Source: a virus
Lineage: Duplodnaviria; Caudoviricetes
Length of the DNA: 64,000 bases
IMG/VR virus record: IMGVR_UViG_3300001687_001195
Location: 16,108 to 80,107 of that record
Direction: 5' to 3' (one strand)
Of this stretch, positions 46,048 through 55,172 are shown piece by piece. Position 1 is the first letter of the stretch; every line of letters starts with the position of its first letter. The notes under the pieces were generated by a model. It was not told the DNA's origin. It searched no databases and saw only the letters and a program-made list of their open reading frames with translations. The translations under genes were made by a program, and so were the position numbers.

Positions 46048-46317
46048 ATGAATCCAGAGACAAATCGGTTTGAGCCATTACACGAAGAGTTTGACGAAAG
46101 ATTCGGCAAGCTGGCAAAAGAAGCAGCATTGTTGCGCCCGGATGGCACTCCGGTACCAAAGCACTGGTCTATTTTCACAGTAGGCGAAGAGGTAGTGATC
46201 AAAGACTATACATTCAAAGTTGCATACGTTGGAGAAACGTCAATCTTATTTGAGCCTGTCGGGCTTCCGGTAATCGGAACAATGGAGACGGGGTGTGTGG
46301 GTAAACTGAAAGGGTAG
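46048..46317 (+). CDS. Hypothetical protein
   Basis: GAGGAGG RBS. Confidence 0.6.
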   Translation: MNPETNRFEPLHEEFDERFGKLAKEAALLRPDGTPVPKHWSIFTVGEEVVIKDYTFKVAYVGETSILFEPVGLPVIGTMETGCVGKLKG

Positions 46318-46321
46318 TTTC

Positions 46322-46897
46322 ATGGTGCTGCGAGGTTTCTTGGTTGTTCTGCTTCTGTTCAGCATGATCTTGATGTCGGGAAGCGCTACTCCAGTTTCGG
46401 ATGCAATGCTTCTCAATGCTTACGCTTCCATCTACATGCCTTGGGGCATTGGCATTGTCCCCCAACCCTGTGTACCTGGAGTTCCGGCAAAGATCATTGG
46501 TTTTTCCAACAACGGACCTTCCCTGTTGGACATACCAAATTTCATGACGAGTTCAATAACTGTCGATCCTGGGGGAGACCCGAATATTCCTTGTGATTAC
46601 AATATTCAGGCGACGGTTTCTTGGCGTTCAGCGCACAATGGATGGCCTCAAAGCTCAGAGGGAGAATGGGCTGTCTACGTGAATGGGGTACAAAGACCAG
46701 GTTTGGTTGTGATTTCAAACGCTATCCCATCCAATAGTACGGATCTGTGGGTATGTAGTATCACAGGTTTGTGTACTCTATATCCGATGGATGTAGTTGA
46801 ACTTTATTTCACACAAAGATTTCCTATAACCCCTGTAACAAATTGGACAGTTGAGTACGGAGCGGTTCATTTGTCCATACTTCGTTTGATGCCGTGA
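46322..46897 (+). CDS. Exported protein, C1q/BclA-CTD-like beta-sandwich
   Basis: Signal peptide. YNIQATVS..WAVYVNG..SITGLCTL..DVVELY..HLSILRL. Confidence 0.55.
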   Translation: MVLRGFLVVLLLFSMILMSGSATPVSDAMLLNAYASIYMPWGIGIVPQPCVPGVPAKIIGFSNNGPSLLDIPNFMTSSITVDPGGDPNIPCDYNIQATVSWRSAHNGWPQSSEGEWAVYVNGVQRPGLVVISNAIPSNSTDLWVCSITGLCTLYPMDVVELYFTQRFPITPVTNWTVEYGAVHLSILRLMP

Positions 46898-46907
46898 GGA
46901 GGTTGTT

Positions 46908-47522
46908 ATGCAAGCTCTAAAGCGGATCACTATTAGTATTTTACTGGTTTGCTCTGTTCTCATTGGTATCGGAATGTTGCATTCGGTTGCGACCGATTCC
47001 TCTTTGGCATTGGGCGGTTTTGCCTCTATATATCGTCCAAGTACAGCGGGATCATTTTCGATTGGTCCTACTCCCTTGGGCGTGCCTGTACAAGTAACAG
47101 GGTTTACTGCGAATGGACCTTCTCTATCCGATATTCCGAATTTTGCCACAAGCTCCATTCAAGTTTGCCCTGGACCCGTTGGCGGAGAAGTATACGATTA
47201 CAATGTGCAATGCACGATTTCATATGACATCTGTACACCTTTAATGATCCCTCCTACTTGTTGGAACGGTGGGGTGCAGTTTGTCATATATGTAAATGGT
47301 GTCGCTGTTCCGTCTTTGTGGCATTCGGATTATGTATGTCCATTGATTTTGGGTCTCTTCAACAATGCGGATGAAGTGACTCTTACGGGGTTGGTCAGTT
47401 TAACGGAAAGCGACATCGTGACAGTGTGGGCGATATGGGTTGGTCCTCCATGGGGTTGGATGGGGGTACCTGAAATACGCATACACAATGCGCATCTGTC
47501 GATTCTTCGTCTAAATCCTTAA
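46908..47522 (+). CDS. Exported protein, paralogue of 46322-46897
   Basis: Signal peptide. Shares ASIY, GF..NGPSL.DIPNF.TSSI.V.PG, DYN.Q.T.S, YVNGV, TGL..L, HLSILRL.P with its neighbour. Confidence 0.6.
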   Translation: MQALKRITISILLVCSVLIGIGMLHSVATDSSLALGGFASIYRPSTAGSFSIGPTPLGVPVQVTGFTANGPSLSDIPNFATSSIQVCPGPVGGEVYDYNVQCTISYDICTPLMIPPTCWNGGVQFVIYVNGVAVPSLWHSDYVCPLILGLFNNADEVTLTGLVSLTESDIVTVWAIWVGPPWGWMGVPEIRIHNAHLSILRLNP

Positions 47523-47538
47523 CCGAGAAGGAACGATC

Positions 47539-47976
47539 ATGGGCGGAACCGTGTACGGCATTCTCGTGGATGGTCCTGAAGTCTGTAAGAACAGGATAAT
47601 TTCATGGCCGATTGAGGAAGATGTTCGTCGCATTGAAGCGCATGTTCACGGAACAGTCCATGCGTATCATCGGGCGAAGAATCGATTCCATCAAGGCGCC
47701 AACGCATACATGTTTTACTTGTATACGGATGCCAACAGGAATCGTCTTCAGTTTGAGATGCGTACTGGGGATGATGCGCAACGAGACATCAAACTGGATT
47801 TAGTGAAGATAGCAACGGCTCCGTATTGGAGTGAAAAAGCGAACAAGATCATGCGCGTAAGTACACCGGATGAACTGCGTTCTCGAATGCGCTACGTGCG
47901 TAGAGAGGCAGAAACGTCAAAACATTCTTCAAGTGCTGAAGCCATGCATCGAGGTCGCTTTACGACTCCTGGGTAG
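47539..47976 (+). CDS. Hypothetical protein
   Basis: GAAGGA RBS. 145 aa. Confidence 0.55.
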   Translation: MGGTVYGILVDGPEVCKNRIISWPIEEDVRRIEAHVHGTVHAYHRAKNRFHQGANAYMFYLYTDANRNRLQFEMRTGDDAQRDIKLDLVKIATAPYWSEKANKIMRVSTPDELRSRMRYVRREAETSKHSSSAEAMHRGRFTTPG

Positions 47977-47995
47977 TAGACCGTAATGGTACAAT

Positions 47996-48073
47996 CAACT
48001 CGCAGGGCACTCTGCAACTCATTCATCCCAAACCAACCTTTGTTTACCCGCGGTGTCCTGCGAGTTGTTTTAT
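47996..48073 (+). terminator. Large-loop hairpin with U-tract
   Basis: 15-bp stem CAACTCGCAGGGCAC/GTGTCCTGCGAGTTG (one G.U), 42-nt loop, then TTTTAT. Confidence 0.6.
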
Positions 48074-48083
48074 TGGTGTTGAG

Positions 48084-48530
48084 ATGTCCGAAGTAATATC
48101 GTGGGCAGAATTTCGTAAACTGCGCCAGTTAAAGGAAGGCCAATTGATCAAGTGTCCCTATTGCGGAGATATGCATATAGTTCGCGTAGCCGCAAAGGAT
48201 CCACATCTTTTGCTTTATCAGTGTGCTAACGAATTGCGTTTAGCGGGAATCTGTGGACGAAACATCGTGGAATCGAAATATGGAAAAGTGGATCTACCTG
48301 CAGACCCCAAGAAAGCGCTTGAGCAATTGATGGGCGGCGGTACGTTTCCTATTGCATTGTTGATTACAACACCGCAAGGGGTCTTTCGAGGGAACTTTGC
48401 ATATACGTGGGATACGTACTATGGGTCAACGGTGGAGCAGTTTATTGAGCATTTGGTGATGTACTTTCGCAAAGCACTGTTTGAAGTATTGAAACAGGAA
48501 CACCGATATGAAGATGAAGCTGGTAAATGA
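48084..48530 (+). CDS. Hypothetical protein with Cys motif (CPYC..C)
   Basis: 148-aa ORF. Confidence 0.55.
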   Translation: MSEVISWAEFRKLRQLKEGQLIKCPYCGDMHIVRVAAKDPHLLLYQCANELRLAGICGRNIVESKYGKVDLPADPKKALEQLMGGGTFPIALLITTPQGVFRGNFAYTWDTYYGSTVEQFIEHLVMYFRKALFEVLKQEHRYEDEAGK

Positions 48531-48810
48531 AACGGGACTTGCACGAGACAGCAGGTTACTCGTTCAGGATGAGACCGGAAAAGAGTTCGATCTTCTTAAT
48601 GCGTGTCATGTAACGCAAATCGTTGTCCGTGTAGATGAAGTTGTCGAAGCAGATTTGGAGATTGACCTTGCATCTTTGGAATTGGTTGTAGAAGGAAAGC
48701 TCGTTGGGGATCCAGTAAGTGCTACACATATCCTTGATGATCTTTCAAACAAGGGATTTTGTGTGAGAGGGGAACACTTCCGTTATGTCGGAAAAAGAAA
48801 TGCAGATTGA
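48508..48810 (+). CDS. Hypothetical protein
   Basis: Overlapping operon gene. Confidence 0.5.
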   Translation: MKMKLVNETGLARDSRLLVQDETGKEFDLLNACHVTQIVVRVDEVVEADLEIDLASLELVVEGKLVGDPVSATHILDDLSNKGFCVRGEHFRYVGKRNAD

Positions 48811-49183
48811 TGCAAACCTGTTTTACATGTTCAAAGTTGGTTTGCTTGAAAACCCGATGAGCGACTGTCTTGACGTGTACTTGATAACGGATCATGGACC
48901 CGTTCCAGGACAGACTGGACGATATGTGGTCCGCTCTATGACATGTGCTCCGGTTACGGAAGGTGCTAGTACTGCGTCCAACCTTGGGCCTTCTTTTCGG
49001 ATGGATTATAATGGTGCTCAGGAGCTTATGGAACGCCTTTGGAAGCTCGGGTACCGTCCGAAAGATTTACGGCATTCCCAAATGGTGCAACCCGCTTTGG
49101 AACTGCATTTGGACGACATGAGGCAAATCGCATTCGCCAAGTTGCACATCGTGAAACCTGAATCGACGCGAACGAGTAGATAA
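48785..49183 (+). CDS. Hypothetical protein
   Basis: Contains AQELMERLWKLGYRP..LELHLDDMR, an environmental-phage-type pattern. Confidence 0.55.
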   Translation: MSEKEMQIDANLFYMFKVGLLENPMSDCLDVYLITDHGPVPGQTGRYVVRSMTCAPVTEGASTASNLGPSFRMDYNGAQELMERLWKLGYRPKDLRHSQMVQPALELHLDDMRQIAFAKLHIVKPESTRTSR

Positions 49184-49184
49184 T

Positions 49185-49637
49185 GTGGAAAGTGAAATCT
49201 GGCGTTCAATCCCAGGCTGCAACGGCCGCTATGAAGCCAGTTCATTCGGGCGTATTCGCTCGATCATCGATACGAATCGCCCACGCATTCTGAAACCCAC
49301 GCGTTCTCTGTGGGGAACCCGCCCTAACACGGATTACTTGAAGGTTGGCTTGTACATCGAGCCCAAGAAACGCGTATGGCGGTATGTACATCGTTTGGTG
49401 TTGTTCGCCTTTGTCGGTGCTCCAGACGATCCCAAAGCGGATGCCTGCCACAATGACGGAGATTCCATGAACAACCGCATCGAGAATCTCCGGTGGGATA
49501 CTCGCTCGAACAACCTCAAAGAAGCCCATGGAGGGGAAGCGGATTGCACGGAAGCTGAAGAAGCAATGGCAGTTCGTTTGGAAGCAAGTGGGCTTCTCAA
49601 ACCAGTATTCGATTCGAGCGAAGACGTGCCATTCTGA
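49185..49637 (+). CDS. NUMOD4-HNH endonuclease (homing-endonuclease type)
   Basis: EIWRSIPG..YEASSFGRIRS (NUMOD4). YVHRLVL.AFVG, CHNDGDSMNNRIENLRW.TRSNN (HNH). Confidence 0.92.
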   Translation: MESEIWRSIPGCNGRYEASSFGRIRSIIDTNRPRILKPTRSLWGTRPNTDYLKVGLYIEPKKRVWRYVHRLVLFAFVGAPDDPKADACHNDGDSMNNRIENLRWDTRSNNLKEAHGGEADCTEAEEAMAVRLEASGLLKPVFDSSEDVPF

Positions 49638-49641
49638 GTAC

Positions 49642-49672
49642 AAAAAATGATCCAGGCAAACTCACCTGGATC
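49642..49672 (-). terminator. Terminator between convergent genes
   Basis: GATCCAGG/CCTGGATC stem with an A6 run on the left (U6 on the minus strand). Confidence 0.6.
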
Positions 49673-49682
49673 TGTATGGGAA

Positions 49683-49967
49683 TCAGATGGCAGAATCCAC
49701 TAGTTCTGTTTTGTCAACCCATAGGCTATGCATGACTTCTGCCATCTGTCTATAGGCGTTCGGATGCGCCCAATGCACGCTCCTGAGCCGTTCTTCGATC
49801 ACTTCGATGGATGGAGCTTCGCGGACGCTGGCATGCGGTAGAAGTGCTGTCAGACGTTTGGTGAGCGCTTCCAGACGTTCATCCGTGAGCATCCAGCCCG
49901 GTTGAATCACATCGCGGATAGTCTTCCGCAACTCTTCCCTGGCTACTGTATCGTCTTTGTAGTTCAT
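49683..49967 (-). CDS. Hypothetical protein
   Basis: GGAGGG upstream on the minus strand. Confidence 0.55.
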   Translation of the reverse strand: MNYKDDTVAREELRKTIRDVIQPGWMLTDERLEALTKRLTALLPHASVREAPSIEVIEERLRSVHWAHPNAYRQMAEVMHSLWVDKTELVDSAI

Positions 49968-50050
49968 GGTTCCCTCCGTAAACTGGTCTTTTTCCGTGAT
50001 AACGTATGTTGGAGGGGTTTGTCAACAAAATACTGTAAGTATGTAGAATC

Positions 50051-50350
50051 TTAAATTTCGGGCGCCTGCGAGGAGCCTTGCCCCAAATCGTCTTCCATGC
50101 TGAAAACCCTGTCTATGCCTTCCTTTAGGTAGGAATCATGTAGTTTGCATGATTGTTCGATTGCGCGCTCAAACGATTCCTGAACGCCCAGAGCAGCCAG
50201 GCTCATTTTAGAGAGGGCTTGGGCACTGGCTTCTGCTGCTTGGTGAAGGCGTCTCATGGGGCGGACTAGTTCACGCAGTACACGGTGTCGTGCTCTTCGA
50301 GAGTAGCCAGCGCGATGAAGCACAGGCATGATGTTTCTTGGTCTACCCAT
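50051..50350 (-). CDS. Hypothetical protein
   Basis: 99-aa ORF in the minus-strand block. Confidence 0.45.
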   Translation of the reverse strand: MGRPRNIMPVLHRAGYSRRARHRVLRELVRPMRRLHQAAEASAQALSKMSLAALGVQESFERAIEQSCKLHDSYLKEGIDRVFSMEDDLGQGSSQAPEI

Positions 50351-50449
50351 TGGAGCACTTAACTACTAAAATGAGAATCAGCAAAACCCATCCTGTCCCG
50401 GCAATGAGCCCGAGAAAAAGCCCGAGCCAAAAGGCGGTACTTTCTTCGC

Positions 50450-50962
50450 TCATTTCAGGTTCCCATGAGCCATCAGGCTTTTGAGGTTCTCGTAATGTTT
50501 CTTTTCGTCGATGTCAACGTGGAATTGTCTCATGAATTTAAGATAAGTGCGAAGCATGAGTGCTCCATTGCCACGTTGGAAAAGCTTGTCAATTTTTGCT
50601 TCTCGTTCACGGATTGTAACCAAGTACACGACAGCTTTCATGGCCCACTCATGCCCACGGATGCTGACGTGGTAGCGATAGAGCGCTTTCTTCTGTTCTT
50701 CGAGCGGGTTCCCAGGGAATTTAATATCTAAGCCAGCGTCCAAGCTGGCGATTTCTGGTGCATCGTCAAAATCGGGATCGTTTGTGTGGCCGCTTTCACT
50801 TGTCCACATGCAGCCAACGCCCATGCCTCCGAAACCGCGTGCATAGACGCGTTTATTGGCGCGATCTCGGGCAATGATGTAATACTTTTGACCGTACTTG
50901 ATCCCAGGCCCTTCGCGCAGGATGCGTTCAACGTTTTCTTGGATCGGATTCTTCTTGCCCAT
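50450..50962 (-). CDS. Hypothetical protein
   Basis: AGGAG upstream on the minus strand. 170 aa. Confidence 0.6.
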   Translation of the reverse strand: MGKKNPIQENVERILREGPGIKYGQKYYIIARDRANKRVYARGFGGMGVGCMWTSESGHTNDPDFDDAPEIASLDAGLDIKFPGNPLEEQKKALYRYHVSIRGHEWAMKAVVYLVTIREREAKIDKLFQRGNGALMLRTYLKFMRQFHVDIDEKKHYENLKSLMAHGNLK

Positions 50963-51007
50963 GAGTCTCCTGTAAGTTCAGCAAAAGATAAGGCGCGACG
51001 GTTGCGG

Positions 51008-51084
51008 TGGCGACCCGCACTCTTCGAGGGACTCGAACCCTCTCCAGGGGTTAAGTACTATTCCCTGGCGCATCCATACAGAGC
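51008..51084 (-). ncRNA. tRNA-like element (perfect T-arm, non-canonical remainder)
   Basis: Minus strand GAGGG-TTCGAGT-CCCTC, preceded by a CCAGGG/CCCTGG hairpin, ending GTCGCCA. No canonical D-arm or anticodon arm. Confidence 0.35.
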
Positions 51085-52134
51085 CCGTCGCGCGGAAATT
51101 TGAAGGGTGCCCCATGGCAGAGTAGTAATGCTGCTTTGCAGCGACACTTACTGCAAGCCATGCTTTCGGATCACAACACGTTTTGCGCAACGCATTCCCC
51201 GGTGTCGGTAAAGCATGCACATGGTACGCTTACATGTTTCATGGGGCATAGAATTGGCGCCCTGTGGTGGGATTGTTTACCCACAACCCGTTGGCAAGAC
51301 GAGCACCGCTCGTGGACGCAGTATGCGGTGTCTGCAGCTACCTACGTACTGCTCCCTGCCTGAATAAGAGCGTGCTTGACCATTTAGTAAGGCTACAAGC
51401 TTCACAGGGCATTGTTTCAAAGAGTTTTCCGTGGCAGGCCCTATTCCCTGCAATGGTCATTCTTAATACGCTCACTCCCCGCACAAAGAGCGGTTCATTG
51501 TGGCGGTTGCTGATTGGACGGCGCGCAACGCTCCGTATTGCCTCAGTAACAAACGCAGCAATGCATCCAAAGTAGCATGCTCCATGGCGGAAACCTGACA
51601 AGCTTTGAATCCATCCGATTGTGTGTTTGTCCGTTCGCAATCCAGCACGGAAAACTCTGTAATTTTTCAAAGAGCTAAACGATGTGGGCGCGTGTCATGC
51701 GTCATTCTTTTGTTGGCGACTCTGATCGATTTGTCAAGTTTGAAAATCCTGTAAGTTTCACGTTCAATAAGTTGCGTGAAAACCTTGTAAGTCTGTGAGG
51801 GCCTAAAGACTCCCCCGCCGCTCAGACCCCCACCCGCGAATCCGACCGTTCGGGCTCTGTTCGGTTCGGAGTCCGTTCGGGTGTTAACTGACCCCGGTAT
51901 CGTTTAACAGCCGGGTCAGTTTACAAACCGCGTTACAGATCCTTTTAACGGACCCTGAGCGGGAGCGCTATAGCCTATCGGATCCGCAAAGAGCGCGGGA
52001 TAGTTTTTTTCAAAAATCCCCCGAAACTTTTGGCCCGCGAAACCGATCTGTAATATGATAGACGGTATGGTTTGGGCGTGATTCGCCCGCGGCAAGGGCC
52101 AGCCGGTTATCGGCCCGGAAAGGAATAGGCAAAC

Positions 52135-53004
52135 ATGCCAAACGATACGGGGCGCCTAGACAACCCCGTGACCCGCGCGAAACGGGCACGGGAAAAAGGG
52201 GCGCCGGAGTACCCTACCAGTTACAAGGGCTGCGCGGCTATCTGGCAAACCCGGCGCCGCAAGCTTGCAAATAACACGTATCTGGTAGCGGCTACAGTAT
52301 GGGCGGAAGCCGAGCCGTGCCCATGGTACGGAATCCGACTCCATGAGACCGTGGTTATTCAGTATTTCCGAGACGGTTCGATCCGGCTCGACTCCGGCGG
52401 TTGGCAAACCGTTACCACGAAAGCCCGAATCAATTGCGGCCTTCCGTCCGGTTGGATAATCGGGTCAGACCGCGGGGTTTGGTATCTGTATCGCCCGGGG
52501 GAAAACGGGTATTCCGATTTCAAAAACGGTATTCCATTTGCCGATGGAATCGTGATCGGCCCGCGCGGGGGGATTTCGGGTAGCGGCCCGGACGCAAAGA
52601 AAACGCGGAAACTGCGGGAGCGAATCAACCGCTTTTGTCGGGATTACGTCGCCGCATTGTGGGCCGGTAAGGTACCCGCGCCGGGTGCGGGCGATTGCTT
52701 TTATTGCCAAATGCCGGAGCGGTGTTACATCGGCACGGTGAAGGATGGGAAGCTTGAGACGCGGCAGGGTGTACACCCGGACCATTTGCTTTCTCATATG
52801 CGGGAAAAGTATTACGTGCCGTCTCTTCTCAATCTCGCCGCGAAAGCAAATCCAGATACGATTTCCCGCGCGGCCGGGCATCAAATCGGCCATCTTTGGG
52901 GGTACCATGATGCCGGACCCTTCCCCGGTGGCGATTTCCTGCAGGAGCAAATCCGCAAGTGTTTGCGGAAGTATATGCTTCATGCGTTCGGCTTGTCCGT
53001 CTAA
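52135..53004 (+). CDS. Hypothetical early-type phage protein
   Basis: GAAAGGAATAGGC leader. KLANNTYL..IRLHET..I.LDSGGWQTVTTKARIN pattern. Confidence 0.7.
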   Translation: MPNDTGRLDNPVTRAKRAREKGAPEYPTSYKGCAAIWQTRRRKLANNTYLVAATVWAEAEPCPWYGIRLHETVVIQYFRDGSIRLDSGGWQTVTTKARINCGLPSGWIIGSDRGVWYLYRPGENGYSDFKNGIPFADGIVIGPRGGISGSGPDAKKTRKLRERINRFCRDYVAALWAGKVPAPGAGDCFYCQMPERCYIGTVKDGKLETRQGVHPDHLLSHMREKYYVPSLLNLAAKANPDTISRAAGHQIGHLWGYHDAGPFPGGDFLQEQIRKCLRKYMLHAFGLSV

Positions 53005-53021
53005 TGGAAAGGAATAGGCAA

Positions 53022-53495
53022 ATGCAAGACGATTTTTCAGCCGTTGAAAAACTCGTTCTCTCTCGATTGTGGAGCGCGGCGAAAGAAGCGAAACCGATCC
53101 GGGACGCGGTTTCCCCTGGCAATTATCACGGGGAAATGGTCGCGCGCATTCGGTACGGGGTGACGGTTTCCCAGGATTACACGCAAAAGGTAGCGGCGCG
53201 GATTCCCTGGCAACGGATTTGCGCCATTCTCTTCGGCAAGGTGAATACGGCAACGCTGGAAAGCGTAGTCCGCGCTGCAATGGATCCGGCATTTGAACCC
53301 GATAAGGAAATCGAGACGCGCGCCCGCGCTGCCGTTGAATCCATTCTCGGGACGACGAAGCAAACATGCGCCGGGCGGGTATCCCTGACCGCAACGGCCG
53401 TGCCCGTAGTCAGCGCGGCGATTGAGACCGAAGCCGAGTCGTTGCGTAACACGTTTCAGCGAAACCGCGCCGCGCTCGGAAAGCAGAGTAGATAA
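53022..53495 (+). CDS. Hypothetical protein
   Basis: GAAAGGAATAGGC leader fixes the start at ATG 53022. Confidence 0.65.
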   Translation: MQDDFSAVEKLVLSRLWSAAKEAKPIRDAVSPGNYHGEMVARIRYGVTVSQDYTQKVAARIPWQRICAILFGKVNTATLESVVRAAMDPAFEPDKEIETRARAAVESILGTTKQTCAGRVSLTATAVPVVSAAIETEAESLRNTFQRNRAALGKQSR

Positions 53496-53520
53496 GCAGG
53501 GGGGCCGCGCCCCCCTGCTT
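53494..53520. promoter_or_regulatory. Perfect 12-bp hairpin just upstream of an RBS
   Basis: AAGCAGGGGGGC-CGC-GCCCCCCTGCTT. No U-tract. Confidence 0.5.
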
Positions 53521-53538
53521 CATTGAAGGGAATAGCCC

Positions 53539-54123
53539 ATGGCGATTACTGAAACCGTATCAGACCCCGACGCGCCGGGCGCCTATTGCCGGGTGCATCC
53601 GTTGCATTTTCAGGGTATAGACCATAAGACAACCTATTTCGTCACGTATGCGCGCGGGTGCGTTGTCGCGCTGCGGGAGCGGAACTATCACGATGATTCC
53701 GATTTTTATGCGGTGTATTACGATCCGGAAACCGATACGTTCAAAGAAACGTGTTACGCAACGACGCGCGGCTGGACGTACCTAAACGGGGCGCGGGTAG
53801 ACGCATCGCCGGAGTTAGCCGAGCGCTATCGTGTATGGGAACGGAAGCAAAAGAAATTCGCCCATTGCCGAGCGGTTCGGCTGCAGATTGCCCGCATACG
53901 TGACGACGCAAGAACACACGTTAAGGGCCGAGCGCTCGCCCGGATTTTGAAAATGACCTTAGCCGAGCGCTCGGCCGTTTGTGGTTTGCTACGGGTACAG
54001 CAATTCCGCTCCACGTTTCGGCGTGATTTGCGCGCCCAATTAGAAACGTGGTTAAATGATCCGGATCCGCAGTACCTTAGCCCGTTTTCGCGTCGGCAAT
54101 GGGCGTGTTTGCTTCGTTTCTAA
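53539..54123 (+). CDS. Hypothetical protein
   Basis: GAAGGGAATAG leader. YHDDSDFYAVYYD..YATTRGW pattern. Confidence 0.7.
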   Translation: MAITETVSDPDAPGAYCRVHPLHFQGIDHKTTYFVTYARGCVVALRERNYHDDSDFYAVYYDPETDTFKETCYATTRGWTYLNGARVDASPELAERYRVWERKQKKFAHCRAVRLQIARIRDDARTHVKGRALARILKMTLAERSAVCGLLRVQQFRSTFRRDLRAQLETWLNDPDPQYLSPFSRRQWACLLRF

Positions 54124-54142
54124 CGGAAAGGAATAGGAAATC

Positions 54143-54463
54143 ATGCAAGATGGAATCGACCTTAGCAGCGCTATTTTCGGTAGTTTCCCCCGGGTTGACT
54201 TGAAACCCGGGCAGTACTTCGTCGGCATTGCGCCGCATTCGGAAGTATGCATGCACATGCGTTGCGCCGGGGAAATGATGCTAATTAAAATGCTTTCCCG
54301 CAATGCGGCGCAATTGTTCCGGTTTGATCCGATGCGCGGAAATTATCAGCCGTTTTCGGCTGCGGTCACGACCGGAGAAGCCGGTATCTATACGAACGCG
54401 GGGGAATGCTATGCATACGGGCTGCGCGTCGTTCTGCCGGGCGAAAGGGGTACCGAAGGATGA
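54143..54463 (+). CDS. Hypothetical protein
   Basis: GAAAGGAATAGG leader. Confidence 0.6.
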   Translation: MQDGIDLSSAIFGSFPRVDLKPGQYFVGIAPHSEVCMHMRCAGEMMLIKMLSRNAAQLFRFDPMRGNYQPFSAAVTTGEAGIYTNAGECYAYGLRVVLPGERGTEG

Positions 54464-54921
54464 TGGCTACCTTTGCGGATTTCGTTCCCCTGACCGCATC
54501 GCAAGCCCGAGAATTGCAAGCCCGATTAGACCGCTATATAACATGGGTTCGGGAGCGATTCGGGAACGGTTGGGCATGCTATGATCCGGACGACGTACCC
54601 GAAAACTGCAGACTTACGAACGAAGAGCGGAGTAAACTTGAAATTCACGATTGGGTGAATGATCCCCCGCGCCGATATTTCGCTTATGTGTTTCACCCGG
54701 ACGATCTGAAAAAGCGTTACATCGGTACATGGACAGGGGATAAGCTAGCGCGAATTTCAATTCTCGGGGGCCGGGTACGGGATAATTTCGGCGGGTGTCG
54801 GCGCTACATTAGTGCGTACGGTACGAACGGGGTGCGCTATTGGGGTTGGTACTATGAATCCGCCGGGGATTACTGCCGTCTAACCGCGTTCAAAGGCCAG
54901 AAAACAGACGGAAAGGAATAG
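54460..54921 (+). CDS. Hypothetical protein
   Basis: ATGA overlap. IGTWTGDKL..YWG.YY..GDYC pattern. Confidence 0.65.
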   Translation: MMATFADFVPLTASQARELQARLDRYITWVRERFGNGWACYDPDDVPENCRLTNEERSKLEIHDWVNDPPRRYFAYVFHPDDLKKRYIGTWTGDKLARISILGGRVRDNFGGCRRYISAYGTNGVRYWGWYYESAGDYCRLTAFKGQKTDGKE

Positions 54922-54927
54922 GCAAAC

Positions 54928-55167
54928 ATGAACACGAAAACAGAACGGACGCGTTTCTGGTCTTCCCCTGATACGACAACGTGTATTCAGTTTCGTACCG
55001 ACACGGATCCGAAAGTGTGGATCCATACAAATCTCGGATGGGTACCGATCGGTAATACTCCAGACGATGCGGGCGCAGCCGAAGCTTTTGCCGTAGATGT
55101 AGCGGCAGGGTACAAGCTTGAAGAAGCTTCCGAAGACACCGCGCGTTACATGGCCGGATGGGAATAG
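54928..55167 (+). CDS. Hypothetical protein
   Basis: GAAAGGAATAGGCAAACATG leader, identical to that of 52135. Confidence 0.65.
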   Translation: MNTKTERTRFWSSPDTTTCIQFRTDTDPKVWIHTNLGWVPIGNTPDDAGAAEAFAVDVAAGYKLEEASEDTARYMAGWE

Positions 55168-55172
55168 GTTTC

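Noticed and set aside
51008-51084. Canonical tRNA call
   Set aside because: No proper D-arm or 5-bp/7-nt anticodon arm, and CCA is 15 nt from the T-stem. Kept only as tRNA-like. It does not fit a tRNA-derived attP either.
51100-51670. Overlapping ORFs on both strands (51100-51363, 51264-51575, 51338-51670)
   Set aside because: No convincing RBS or motif, so I could not decide which, if any, is real.
52465-53394. 309-aa minus-strand ORF
   Set aside because: Antisense to two motif-tagged plus-strand genes. High GC makes long shadow ORFs likely.
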